64,000 bases of DNA from Octopus sinensis (lineage: Eukaryota). The position numbers were made by a program, and so were the translations under genes. Below, piece after piece: positions 26,516-40,190 of the stretch (positions are counted from its first letter, which is position 1; every line of letters begins with the position of its first letter). A model generated the notes under the pieces. That model worked only from the letters and a program-made list of their open reading frames with translations. It was not told the origin of the DNA and did not search any database. The stretch is from assembly GCF_006345805.1 (NCBI RefSeq), contig NC_043006.1:77438001-77502000 (forward strand). The letters are read 5' to 3'.

Positions 26516-26843
26516 TCAGAATGTCTGTGAAAGAGTGTATTTATAATACACATGAATACGCTTCAAAGAATCAATATTTGAAACGGACATATACGTCTCT
26601 ACGAAGAAGGCATACAGCCGCCGACGGCAGTGTGCTGACTTTATTGTGAATGAATTTGCAATAATACCCTGAGTCCTGTCTAACACAAAGGTCATTGGCT
26701 TTTCTGTTAGAGGACAATACAATGCATTCATTCCCATCTACATACAATTCGGAAATATACATAGACAATCGCCCATATACAAAATCACATATTTATACAC
26801 ATTTATGCACACGTATGTATATATATATATATATATTATATAT

Positions 26844-26888
<45 letters not shown>

Positions 26889-26889
26889 A

Positions 26890-27180
26890 ATCCAAACGGG
26901 AAACAAAAAACAACAACAATGGAACAATTACAGTATTATTATTAATAGGCGCTCAGGAAAAGGAAGCAGGGAGGTATGACGTTTCGAGCGGAGCTCTTCG
27001 TCGGAACATAAAGAAGGAAGAGAGAGGAAAGAAAGATCCCAGAGCGGGCAACAGGGAAAGAGAAAAAAGACGACTGGTGTTTACGAGTTGCACATGGTGA
27101 AAGGCGGATGTTTACGAAAACAGAGCAAAGTGGGTTTTTAAAGGCAAAAGAGTGGAGACAAGGTTGGTAACGCAACAGAT
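26890..27180 (-). mobile_element. PLE pLTR fragment (P1-related), HHR at 26974-27009 with core CCGACGA
   Basis: Minus strand atgttCCGACGA-A-GAGC(tcc)GCTC-GAAA-CGTC; flanks homologous to 6362-6565. Confidence 0.7.
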
Positions 27181-27589
27181 GTGTGTGTATGTGTGAGTGT
27201 GTGCGTGTGCGTGTGTGTATGTGTGTGTGTGAGGCGAGATGAAAAAACAAAAAAATATATATGTGTGTGTTAGTGTGTGCGTCTGTGTGTAGGCGTGTGA
27301 GGTAGGGCGAGTAAGTGGTCAGCTTAGCAGACAAAGGTCAGTAGTAAGAAAAAGAAGGAAGGAGGAAGGGAGGGAGGGGAAGGGGTGGGGGCGTATGTAG
27401 CGTGCCAGCGTGTGTTGAGTAGTAGTGTGGTGTGTGTCCAGTGTCGTGGTGGTATAAATGGCGAGTAGATTGAATGTGTGTAAGAGTAATGTATATATTT
27501 AAGCAATGTGTGTATATGTGTGCGCGTGTGTGTAACGAAAAAAGGGGGGGGTTAAGGAAAAAGGACTCCAGCTGAGGGGAAGATGGAAG

Positions 27590-27750
27590 AGTGGTCCCGC
27601 GGGGGCGGGCGTGGGAAAACCCAACGACACGCGACGGTCCCAGGAACGGGCGGGAGGTCTTGTCGGTTCCAAGAGCGAGGTGCCTGCGGAGCGTATGCGT
27701 ACGCGAACCGGCGCAAGCGCGTGCGTGCGCGAGCCTGCGAGTATGTGCGT
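27590..27750. promoter_or_regulatory. CpG-rich island with GC-box, possibly a pLTR internal promoter
   Basis: Sharp GC/CpG enrichment (GGGGCGGG, many CG dinucleotides) in an otherwise very AT-rich window, upstream in minus sense of the HHR at 27009. Confidence 0.4.
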
Positions 27751-28289
27751 AAGTATGTATGTGTGTGGATGTGTGAGTGTGTCTGTGTGTATGTCCGGGT
27801 GGCAGTGTCTCCGATGAATGTATGTGAGTATGTGTGTATGTATGTGTGTGCATAGATGTATGTCCGTGTGTGTGGTGTGTGTGTGTATGTGTGTGAGTGT
27901 GTATGTATGTACGTGTGGATATATATATATATATATATTTATATACATACAGAGAGAGAGAGAGAAAGAAAGAAGGAAAGAAAGAATGAAAGAAAGAAAG
28001 AAAGAGAGAGGGGTGACAGGGAGAGAGAAATGCATACAAAGGACTACATTATGCGATTAAAATTAAATTGCATATTATTTAACGAACATTCAGAACCCTT
28101 TCTGCATTATAAAGAAAATAGCTCTCAGAATGAAGAGACTGCAATTGGCTCCTCAAAGCAGAACAGCTTGAGGGTTTTTTCTCGATATATTTGCATATAC
28201 ACACACAAACATACATGGATACCTGCAAACAAACACGCTCGCACACACAGATACAGACACACTCGCACACACACATACACACACGCTTG

Positions 28290-28319
<30 letters not shown>

Positions 28320-28321
<2 letters not shown>

Positions 28322-28525
28322 GGAGAGTTTAAGAAAAAAACAAAAGACGAAGACAGGTGGTGTACAAAACAAACAGATGTATTAGTATGATGCTCAGAAA
28401 TAGAAAAAAGTCTTTTACGTTTGGAACCTACGCTCTTCTACAGAAAGGGACACAGATAAAACAAGGAGAGAAACAAGGATAGTAAAATGTGTGTAGTGGC
28501 TAACGATCTATCATGGCGACTCGCA
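28320..28525 (-). mobile_element. PLE pLTR fragment (family P2), HHR-like motif at 28412-28447
   Basis: Reverse complement of 45650-45840; core CTGTAGA, with GAAA mutated to CAAA. Confidence 0.75.
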
Positions 28526-29399
28526 CACACTGATATATATATATGTTGTGCGCAACATTATCTCCGGTATTAGCGTAACGCACGTTTAATGTCTTTAGAT
28601 ATTTTGTGTTTCTGATTGAATCATATATAGTGCTTCAGAGTATATTGTCTTACGAGGATTGATGTATTTCACTTAGTGAGCGCTAAACAGAGTACCTCTC
28701 ATTTCCTGTCCCTCTCTCTCACTCTGACATTGCTTTATGTTTCTGTTAAAAACATAATTATATGTGCCCAAGTACTGCAATATCTTAGGACTCACATACC
28801 CACAGCTTTTCAATGCCCTACCACAAAACTTAAGAAACTTTCACTGTGTAAACGTAAGTGTCTTCAAAAAGAACCAGATATTCTGCCCTCCACTATAGTG
28901 GTGAATCAACGGCCCGGGATGGGACACAAATGAGGACAGCTGTAATAAACCCCCTTACACACCGAATGGGACGACAATCAGCGCAAAAGCACATACAGGA
29001 GTCGTGATTTCAAACCTCACTACCATGAAGAAATCAAAGTAGAATCATGGGTAAAGATCCAAAATTACTTTGGTGCTAAGACATGATCGTAGCTGCATGG
29101 CTGAAAAGAATGAAATACCAGAAATGTGTGTGTGTGTGTGAATAAGATCCAGGGATCCAGGTGAAGGTGCAAAGTTAGGTTCAAGCTACTTCTGTTGCAA
29201 ATATAAAGCACAACTTTAAGGGACAATAGTGGTTTATTGAGACGGAGAGCTGGGTATTATTTTCGTACGATAAACTGACAAAAGTTCTTTTTTTATTTCA
29301 CGGTAGGCGACGGGATTGTTGCATACACAGATGTAAACGTACTCGTTATCTCATATACACACAGTGAAATGTGCCCAGTCATAAGGATATATATATAAA

Positions 29400-29620
29400 T
29401 ATATATATAACGGGAAGCTTTATGAAAATAAACAAAAGACGGAGGCAGGTGGAATACAAACAAACAATTGTATTAGTATGGCGCTCAGGAATATAAATAA
29501 AAAAAGGATTTTACGTTTCGAGCGTACGCTCTTCAACAGAAAGATGCACGGAAAAGAAACACAGAAAGAAACAAGGAGAGAAAAAAGCTGCGTGCAGAGG
29601 CTAGCGAATCAACATGGCGA
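29400..29620 (-). mobile_element. PLE pLTR fragment (P2-related), HHR variant at 29509-29542
   Basis: TTT-CTGTTGA-A-GAGC(gtac)GCTC-GAAA-CGTA-AAA; flanks homologous to 28320-28525. Confidence 0.75.
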
Positions 29621-29696
29621 TCTGGAGTCGTGATTTCAAACCTCACTACCATGAAGAAATCAAGGTATATATATATATATATATACATATATATTT

Positions 29697-30060
29697 CCTA
29701 GAACGGGACGACACATCATAGTGACTATGATCCCAGTAATGCCATCACGCTTCAGGACCGGCTACTACAGCCTGAGTTTTAAGGGCCCACAGCTTTTTAA
29801 TATTCGCCCAAAGATTCTGATGATCCTGCACAAAGTAGATGTAGCGGTTTGTAAATCAAAGCTGGACATCTTCCTGTCGAGAGTCCCAGATGAACCGACC
29901 TCACGGCAAGAGGTGCAAATGAGAGTAGCTATATCAAACTCCATTCTTCACCAAGTGCCACATATTAGACGAGGCTCTTAGTAATAACAGTGTAGCACAA
30001 AATGGCGGTGCATCAGCATGGCCGCAGCTCTGAGCTAAAACAAAAACAAAAAAAAATATA
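29697..30060 (+). mobile_element. 3' end of a CR1/L2-like LINE
   Basis: Peptide SLSFKGPQLFNI.PK....KVDVAVCKSKLDIFLSRVPDEP is typical of CR1/L2-group ORF2 C-termini; short 3' UTR with a stem-loop and A-rich tail. Confidence 0.75.
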
Positions 30061-30357
30061 TATATATATGGAGAGAGGGAGAGAGATAGAGATTCGATGT
30101 GTGAGAATGCATGCTCCTTTATACCCTTTTGAGTGTGTATATATATATCTGTGTGTGTATGTATTAGGTATGTATATTTGGTTTTTTTTTTATTTCTGAA
30201 GATTTGAATAATTTAACTTTCAGTGTTACATAGGAATTATTCCCCAAAGAGACATTATGTTCGCTAGAATCTCACCATCAGCTAAGCAACGCATTACATT
30301 GCGAATCGCTGCTCTCTCTATATTTCTAATACGTACATACACATATATATATATAAA

Positions 30358-30407
<50 letters not shown>

Positions 30408-30830
30408 GTGTGTGTGTATGTGTGTGTGTATATATATATATAGAGAGAGAGGAGGGGTTGAGTATATATATGCATGCATGCATACACAAGGACACTTTAT
30501 GCATGACAAATTTATGTATCTCCCTGTGACAGAATGTGTCATATGCGCTTTATATATTTATGAAGGTCTCATAAACGTACAATTTCAACGAATATGCACT
30601 AATAGGAAATTAGAAGTCACCGTTTTCGTATCAGATATATATATCCACGGCAATCAATGAATGTGGGAGACTCATTGTTCTTCTTGAATTAGATATAGGG
30701 TACTAGGAAGTCAGCAACCCGAAGGGCTGACATACGCATTCATGAGCAAATTAACGGACAATAGGATGTATTCTTCATGTACATGTATGTATGCATGTAC
30801 AAAAACACATACACAGACACACATATAAAT

Positions 30831-30861
<31 letters not shown>

Positions 30862-30919
30862 TACATATATATATATAATATATATACATATATATATATA
30901 ATATATATATATATATATA

Positions 30920-30950
<31 letters not shown>

Positions 30951-31289
30951 ATATATATATATATACATATATATATATAATATATATATTATATATATAT
31001 ATATTATATATATATATATATATTATATATTTATATTAATATATATATATGTATATATATTTTATTTTATTTTATCTAGTTTCAGCTCACGAGCTGTGGC
31101 CATGCTGGGGCACATATATATATATATATGCGTATATGTATGTGCATATATACACACCTGCAGTTATAGATACATATTTTCATTTTAGTGCACAAAAATA
31201 CCAGTTCACATATTTATATGTTTATACCCTTATGTGGCATATGGATATACATACAGACATACAAACATAACTATCTATCTATCTATATG

Positions 31290-31357
<68 letters not shown>

Positions 31358-31519
31358 CCTATCTATCTATCTGTGTATCTATCTATCTATGGGCGTGCGT
31401 AAATTTATATACAGAAATAGCCGAACAAAATATGCACATATGCAAGCAAGCATGCAAATGTATGTACGTGTTTTATCTTTGAAAGAGTGTGAGTGTGTGT
31501 GCGTGCAAGCGCGTGTGCT

Positions 31520-31550
<31 letters not shown>

Positions 31551-31915
31551 GTGTGTGTATGCGTGGGTGTTTGATACTTTTACTGCGTACTCTGAGGTGA
31601 AATCTAGTCATATGGAATTTTGATACAAAGGAGTCCAACCGTAGCCTTCATTATTCATTTAAGTACCACGTTATCCCCTTTCGCGTTCATAAATTTACAG
31701 GTTTATGACAATATGCGCTTCTTTATTATGTTATTTGTATTAAATCCTAGTAATATATGTACGTAGGCAAGATCATATACATGTAGAAGGGAATCAATAA
31801 ATTACTGGAAATATAAAGCTCACATGTGGATACATCTGGTGTATTTTACGTGATATATTCATTATATAATAATGTATGCTATATACCTTCGTTGAGATGA
31901 ATGGGGCTATTTCAG

Positions 31916-31947
<32 letters not shown>

Positions 31948-32364
31948 GTATATATATATATACATATAGAGATACATATATATATGTATGTATTTATATG
32001 AACACACTTATATGAATGACGATATATATATATATATACTATATACATATATACATATATGCATACATACATAAATACATACATCCATATATAATGCGTG
32101 CCTCTTTGTATGGATTTTTTCCGAATATAGAATACATTTCAGGAAATCAAAGGAAAGCAGGCATTACCGTCTTCTGACAGTATTTTTGATATTACAATAG
32201 AGATCGAAGGATATCAGGTGACATATTTGCTTATCATAATCAACAATTGGGTGAAATCTTTTCGAATGCAAGACACTCCTAGAGGTTGGTTTCTGTTGCA
32301 GAAAGAATCTATTGAATCTGTGACTACATGCGCATGTGCACACGCAGTGTTAACACACACACAC

Positions 32365-32410
<46 letters not shown>

Positions 32411-32502
32411 GTGTATACATATATATATATATATATGTATATATATTATATATAAATGTGTATACATATACCTATACACATACACAAATATATATATATA
32501 TG

Positions 32503-32550
<48 letters not shown>

Positions 32551-32587
32551 ATATATACATACATACATACATACATACATACATACA

Positions 32588-32623
<36 letters not shown>

Positions 32624-34198
32624 TATAAACATTAGCATTTACAATCTTTATTTCTTTATTTCTAAGAAAACGTTTGTAGCACCGCCAAGTCTAACAAAAG
32701 AGTTATAGACATGTAAAATGATATCTAATACTTTATTTCGAAGAAAACCACCGCCTTAAATGTCAATATCATCATCAAAACTAATTCTTGTGAGAAGAAC
32801 CTCAAGAACAAAAAGCACTTTTGATATATATATGAATTAAATATGAAAGAATTCATATTTCGGGTCGTGTCATTTGCATAAATATGACAGCAGGAAACAC
32901 CTTCTACAAGATAAAAAGTCTTTAATACAAAGGATCGACGTATACAGAGTTGCATACAGAAATATAACTGGAATATGTAAGGAATATTTCATACTAACAT
33001 TTGTAAAAATACTAATGGTGATATAATAAATTCAATATTTTTTCTTCATCTGTCGTGACACGACATCCACATCGAATAGGTATTTATACAAAGCAGAAAG
33101 TGACAAAGAGAATTTTCAGTAGTATTTTATAAAGAAATTTCAGTGTTTGAATTCGTCGTATGGTTTTTTTCTGTTGAACAAAATCAATTCCGATAAGACA
33201 TTCATTTGAAATGTATCCTACTTTGGTGTGTGAAAGCAAGAAAGAAATCCTAATTAGGATCGAATATACAAATGCCGATTGCTTTGTAGTTGTTGTTTTT
33301 TTTTTTCTCGTTTCTTTTTCCTTTTCTTTTTAAGAATGGAAGTCCTGCTTAAACGAAATTTTCGCCCCGAGGGATTTGGAAGCGTGTTTATTAAGAAAGA
33401 ATGAACGTACATACTAGCAAACCGAAACTTCAACAAGTGATATACAATCGAATTCAAATATTTTAAAGATGAAAGTATTTTGGAATTCTTTGTCTGCGTA
33501 AGGCTGCCTCATATACACGCACACATACACACACTGACATAAATACATACATACACGCGTATATGCATGTATTTATGTGTGTGTTTGTGTATGTCTATAT
33601 ATATATATGTTTATATATATATTATATATAGATCGCACACCCAATATAGTATATATAATAAATAAATATATATATAATATATATAGATATATATACATAT
33701 AGATATATATATATAGATATATATATATATATACTATACATATATATATATATATATAATATATATATATTATATATATATATATATAATATATATATAT
33801 ATTATATATATATATATATATACATAGCAAGCATATATGTATATATATATATATATCGGGTACGTTGCAATTATCATCATCTGCGATTACATTGAATCAC
33901 ATGTTATTGACAGATGAAAAGGCAGACTTCACAGAATAAAACATAATAGAACAAACTGCATTACATAACGTAGAGTATAATATATCATAAGCCAATATTT
34001 TTAGTTTGTTTTCTTTTACACCATTTACGTTTTTGTTCTATTTTTTTTATTTTATTCTCACACTACTTCTTTATTGATTATTTTCTCCTCATTCATGCAC
34101 TCGCAATCACACGCATACAAATCCACACAGGCGTACATACACACACATTCGCGCGCACACACACACACACACACACGCACACAATACATATATATATA

Positions 34199-34231
<33 letters not shown>

Positions 34232-34441
34232 GCAAAGGCATACGCATTCTCAGATTCGATTTTCTTCGAATTGTCGTGATATGGTAGACTTCCTCACAAA
34301 AGGAATCATATTGCTATTTTCAACTGATTCGACCTGAATTTGAACTCTGCATCGGAGAATTTGATCGATAGTACGATTAGCGTCACTCCACAATTGGAAA
34401 TACTCCACATTGTATGTGTGTAATATATATATATATATATA

Positions 34442-34830
34442 TATATACCAATTAAGGACTGAACACGAAAAGGTGGACAGTCGACTCCGGTACCGTTTTT
34501 CATCTAGTACAGCATATTATGCTCATAACAAACTACGCTGATGAAGCTACAGATATCCTTGTGATATTAATAGCTGAAACTGCAGTACGTAGGTAATTAT
34601 TCCACTTAGTATTTTTCTTTTGTCTCATCCATTGCTTTAGGTCGTGCTGAATTTTATTTTTATTTGAGAACATAATCCTTGTGGAGAATGGCGATTTGAC
34701 GTCTATATCTAGCATGTTGACTGTCCACCTTTTCGTGTTCAGTCCTTAATTGGTATATATAAATATTTTAATCTTCGGATTCTTTTTAATGTGCTAGACC
34801 ACTGGTTTTAATTGACTAATATCAATTTCT
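34442..34830 (+). mobile_element. PLE pLTR fragment (family P3) with a 45 bp inverted 5' copy (34442-34486 vs 34716-34761)
   Basis: Inverted arms visible directly; intact HHR inside; (TA)n on both sides. Confidence 0.8.
34533..34592 (+). ncRNA. Intact type I hammerhead ribozyme
   Basis: CTACG-CTGATGA-AGCTA(21 nt)TAGCT-GAAA-CTGCAGTA-CGTAG: 5 bp stem I, 5 bp stem II, palindromic stem III ACTGCAGT, all conserved core nucleotides, GUA site (cut after 34587). Confidence 0.9.
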
Positions 34831-34837
34831 ACCCTTA

Positions 34838-34876
<39 letters not shown>

Positions 34877-35892
34877 TATGCATGTATGTATATATGTATG
34901 TAAATGTATACATCTATACACACACACACACACACCACACATATATATATAATAATATATATATATATATATATAATATAATATATGCGTTTGTCTGTGT
35001 ATGTACGTATGTACGTATGTAAAATTATATGACCGTTTATTTTAAATCATTCTCTTTACGTGACAAAATATATTCCTAGAAATATAAGCGCCTTATTATC
35101 CACCTTTAACTCATCCACATCTAAAAGAAGCACACAATTAATGCTGACTCTTTTAGATGCGGTCAATAACTCTGTTTTTTTGTGGAGATAGGTAACAAGA
35201 AATATATTAAAAATAAAATACTTACATAACAACGAGTGTCCGCTAAAATGTAAGTATAAAACATTGATGCAAAAAAACAAATTGTTTGGCGAAAATTTCT
35301 CTTCTGCTCAAAAAGAACATTTCTCGCATGGTCCTTCTATACGTTTGATATTCAAATTTCGATGAGTCTGGAACGAGGCGCCTAGGAGATGTAATATATT
35401 ACGTAAACAACATGCTAATACCTGAAATAAATGTCACCTTGGATAAGTTAGTCTTAGATATGCTATCCATGAACAATAAGATGACTTGAAAACTAGCCGA
35501 AAATTATGGTAGATATGTACCTACAAAACAGTAAGAAACTTTACAGCCAATGTAGCATAGATACGCTCCATAGAGCCAATAGCTGAAATGTACTCCATTG
35601 TCTTTTTCGTGTGCATTTAGGAAAAAATAAACATGTTCTAAAACCAAGCTACAGTACTCAAGTCGAAAATAATTTGTGAATATTAAAAATAAAAATTTAA
35701 AAGAGATATACGTTAACGAAAATTACTAAAAACTAACCAAGGGAAATAATTCACAAAATTTCGAAAGATAACCGAAATCAGTGAAGTAACGTTAATCGCT
35801 GGAATGTAGACATGACAATTCCAGTTTTATTTCGAATTTTCACCAACAAAATTGTATTTGGATTCAGTATTACCCGAGAAAGATGAATATTA

Positions 35893-36170
35893 GGCGCAGG
35901 CGTGATTGTGTGGTATGAAGCTTACTTCCTAACCACATGGTTCTGAGTTCACTCCACTGCGTATTACTTTGGGAAAGTGTCTTCTGCTGTAGCCTTGGAC
36001 CGATTAAAGCCTTGTGAGTAGATTCGGTAAATGGAAACTGAAAGAAGCCCGTCGTGTACATTTATATGTCTATATATGTATATATATGTATGCGTGTATG
36101 TGTGAGTGTGTGTCTTCGTGTCTATCTTTGTCCCACCACTATCGTTTGACAACCGATGTTGATCTGTTTA
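35893..36170 (+). mobile_element. SINE family A, 3'-truncated
   Basis: Homologous to 11148-11400. Confidence 0.85.
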
Positions 36171-36940
36171 TGTCACAAATATATCATATATATGCAAGAT
36201 ATTTCCACCGAAATATACATGCGCAATTTAAGAGCTGATAACTCACTTAATGTCCACGTCATTTTAGTTTTAAGACATGAGAAACAATGAAGATAACCTG
36301 AGAAAATGAAATTTAACCTAAGCAGTCACTGGCAATTTGAGAATGTAGTCGAAGTACAAAAAGCAATCTTGGGGTAAGTTCAAATAGATCAATGTATGTG
36401 AATGAGAATTTCTCTAATTAGAGATAAGCATGAAGCAATCACAACTTTTCAGAATTTTGACGAATAATGTTCCGGGAAAACAGTGACAATCCCAGTAAGT
36501 AAGAATTATAGGGGCAAAAGTATTGCTAGAGTTCCTGAAAATCTGGTTGGCAAGCTAATCGTGAAATAGGAATTTCAAAAGCAAGCGGTCATCGCATTTT
36601 AAAGCTCTTGTCATTAAAAATTTACATTTCACGAATCGTCCCTCTTCTCAATGAAGATAATTCAGATGAAAACGTGGCATTTTGAGAATTTTACGATGTG
36701 TAGAAGATACCCACTTTCAACGTTTAAATTGAACGCCTCGAATATCAGATAAAATTGTGGACCGGAGAAACCGCATTTTATGGATGAAGATCATATTAAA
36801 TCACCAGGAATTACAATATGATGTGGCTTAAAATCTAAAGGATTAACTAGACTTATTTTTAAAACTAAACTACGACATTCTAATATGTTAAGCATTTAAC
36901 AAAACATTGAGAATGTGTTTCCATTATGTTGTCCGACCCC

Positions 36941-37028
<88 letters not shown>

Positions 37029-38245
37029 ATATGTATATATATATACACACACGCACATAACCATTAATACACACATACATATATACATACATATTCATGC
37101 TTATATACACACATATAGACATATCTATTTAAATACATACACATAAACTTGCATATATATATATATACATACATAAGAACGGGCACACGCATATATACAG
37201 ACACACACATGCACACTCACACATCACACACATTCACACAAACACATATTGTGCGTATGTTTGTAATAAAGACGGAGTTAATTCAAGCAGCTAAGAAGTG
37301 GTTGAGGGGAACAAGTTTTTTTTTTTAATGTATACATGAATTGAAAGGTAACCGAAACTTCTTATGCTATGAATCATCTGATTAACGTTGCATAAAAATA
37401 TAATTGTTACCCTGTTCTAAGGCAAATATATATACTTGGCTAAATTCTCATCAAAACTATTTGGAGCATACATCGCAAGATTTTTACCGTTAAATGTTAT
37501 TAATAAAGTTCCGAATTTGTATTTGTAATGTTTTTGGAAGCAAAACAGATGTATAATTGTTCATTTTATTAATAGAATTCTGATTCAGCTTCCTCGATGT
37601 TTACTCTATAAATTGAAGTATATTCTTAGGAACGAACTCGTTTTATTTTGACCTCGTAACTGTTTGGCAACTGAGTTAATCTAAGTACAGTAAAATTGAG
37701 AATGGTTGCATTGAAGTAAATTCATGATAGTATATTACCTTTTTTAAGCTCACGAACAAAAACGTGTGTATGTATATATACACACACATATTTACATGCA
37801 AACAGGAGTGTATACATATACATATGCAAGTATACATTCTGTATATTATAGCAAGAAATCTAAGCTTACAGCTTATAAGCGATGTCCAAGTATAGTCTTA
37901 AGAAAGGAGTCTAATATTGGGGCATATAAGCCCTCGACGGAATAGAGGTCGGTATTAGGACGCATGGAAATCGAACCCACCATCTTATAATTACGATAAG
38001 TGTGCTAAGCGATGATATCTAGACGGTGAAATTATAGCAGTTAAATCTAACGGAATGGAATAGGTGATAGTTTGGCGCAATCGTTTAGCACACATATCGG
38101 GAATGTGAAAAGGATGGGTTAAATTTCTATACGCACTAATACCCTCTTTCTCCGCCGAAAGCTTATATGCCACAATATCAGATTGGTTTCTGGAGCCAAT
38201 ACAATTTTCACTCGTCACTACTTATCCATTTGAAGCTGTTATCTA

Positions 38246-39010
38246 CAGTACCATGCAAAATATTCGGCCACTTTAAGCTATTCTAAATTTCTACTAAATG
38301 CTAACTCATAAGTGTATGTTTCACTTTGCGTCTTTTACAGATGAAACATTGGCCCTGGTGGACTCATTTCTATATCTAATCATTATATTTTGTAGTAGGG
38401 GTTCTGAATGAGAGGGACAAATAAGGGACGACCACCAAAATTGGCCATGCAAAAGTTTTCGGCAACACCACATAAACCAATCAAGATAGAGTGTTTTAAA
38501 ACAAAAGTGTCTATATTGTAAATTTATTACATAATGTTCCTTTCAAGAAGTTACTGTACATTGTTAGCTTGAATAATTTATTCAATGCGCCTAGAAAGTG
38601 ATGCGTACAAATCCTTCACAGGTATGTGATGGCATTCTCCATGGCCTAGGTGCCTGGATTCATGTGACGAATCCTGCTCTTTAGTTCTGTCCGCATTTGT
38701 TCGATGATATTTAAGTCAGGACTCTGAGCTGGCCAATCCTTCATTACGGTAACACCTTTCATCAGACAGACTCTGTTGTGTTGGACGCGATCAGTGGTGT
38801 GGAGTTCTGTCATGCTGAAAAATCTCACCTTCGTCCTTGGCTGTTATCAAATTGTCCTTCAGTAATTGGATGTACTAGGCACAATTGAGTTACAATCAAT
38901 TTTTACCAACTTTCTTGAACCATCACTGTTTATGTATTCCCAAAACATCAGTTTCTTTCCCCCAAACTTCACTGTTTTCGTCGTGTAACGTGGGTCGTTT
39001 CGCTTTTCTG
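38246..39010 (-). mobile_element. Tc1-like transposon remnant
   Basis: TA|CAGTACCATGCAAAA TIR-like end; minus-strand peptide DWPAQSPDLNIIEQM.TELKSRI (Tc1 DDE motif); other end not found. Confidence 0.75.
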
Positions 39011-39554
39011 AAGGCCTCCTGACAAATTCGCACTTATATATATATATAATTTTACCGTATGATCTCAGTGCAATTTATTTCATTTATGAATCGAGAACTT
39101 CATAAACAATATTTATAATGTCTTTCGCTAAAACTTGTGGGAGAGGAAAATCAAAATGTGTTAATGAAATAAACAATTCTATAATTGTTATCTTTCCAAA
39201 AACCTTAGATATATAATAATTCATTTAATAATGGCTTTTATCTTTAAACTGTAATGAACTCTGTACCAAATTACTGGGACATAGAATTTGAACAAATATT
39301 TCTTTCTGTTTTTTTCTTATAAATGTTAAGAGTTATGTTTATTTGTTATATTAATCAGATTATTTAACTCATAAAAATCAGAGACCAGCTGTAATGTGGT
39401 TTATGTAATTTTGCATTATTTGTTTCTCCCACGCTGTACTGCGAGTTATGAAATAACTAGTCTCTCTCTACGCTGTGTTCTCTCACTTAATCTTTTCCTC
39501 CCCGTTTATGCCTGCACATGTTCGTGGCGGATGTGTGTGTGTGTGTGTATTCAT

Positions 39555-40190
39555 ACTTTTATATGTATGTGTGTATGTTACTGGTAACATGTAACCCAGT
39601 ACAACCTGTTGCATGGTCGAGCCGTTGGCATCTAAACCGGCAATCCTACCAAGCTTGCTTGGTTAGGAGGGTGTTTATTGGACACCCTGCGGCAGGAAAA
39701 GCAAAACCTGTCAAAGGGCGGAGGAACTCTTGAGAGCCAACGGCCATCCAATAAGTGTGTATTTTTTTTAAGGCTTAAGGCTGAATACCCGATCGCGCGG
39801 TTAAACCATTGGGAGTGAAGGACTCCTAGCCTTTGTTGGGGCATACTTCTATGAGAAGGTAACTCAAGTAACTGGGATAACTTCGACATAAAACCCGCGG
39901 CTCAGTGGTTTCCGATGAAGTTGACTTGTTTTTTTTGGATTATGGCTGCTGTTGCTTAGTGAGTGGGATTGACTCAGTGCACAGCCTTTCCTCACTTTAA
40001 AAAAATCTTCTTGCACAGGCATTGCACGATAACAACATTGTTCATGATTGTTGATGGTGCTGTGAGTCTCAACTGAATAGCTGGCTGTAGCCTTAAAAAG
40101 CAAATAAAAGTCACATTCTATCTCAGCACCAATAACAGTTAAGCTTCGTGCAATGGCCATACTCGATAACGAGGGGGCAGCCATCATGTA
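39555..40190. mobile_element. Degraded retroposon fragments (RTE-like UTRs, two orientations)
   Basis: GC-richer island resembling LINE/SINE UTRs that ends in a (TATG)n tract; no diagnostic peptide. Confidence 0.35.

Noticed and set aside
36560-36840. Possible very old Tc1/mariner-like remnant (HFMDEDHIKSPGITI*CG)
   Set aside because: Only one short motif and no TIRs; too weak to list as a feature.
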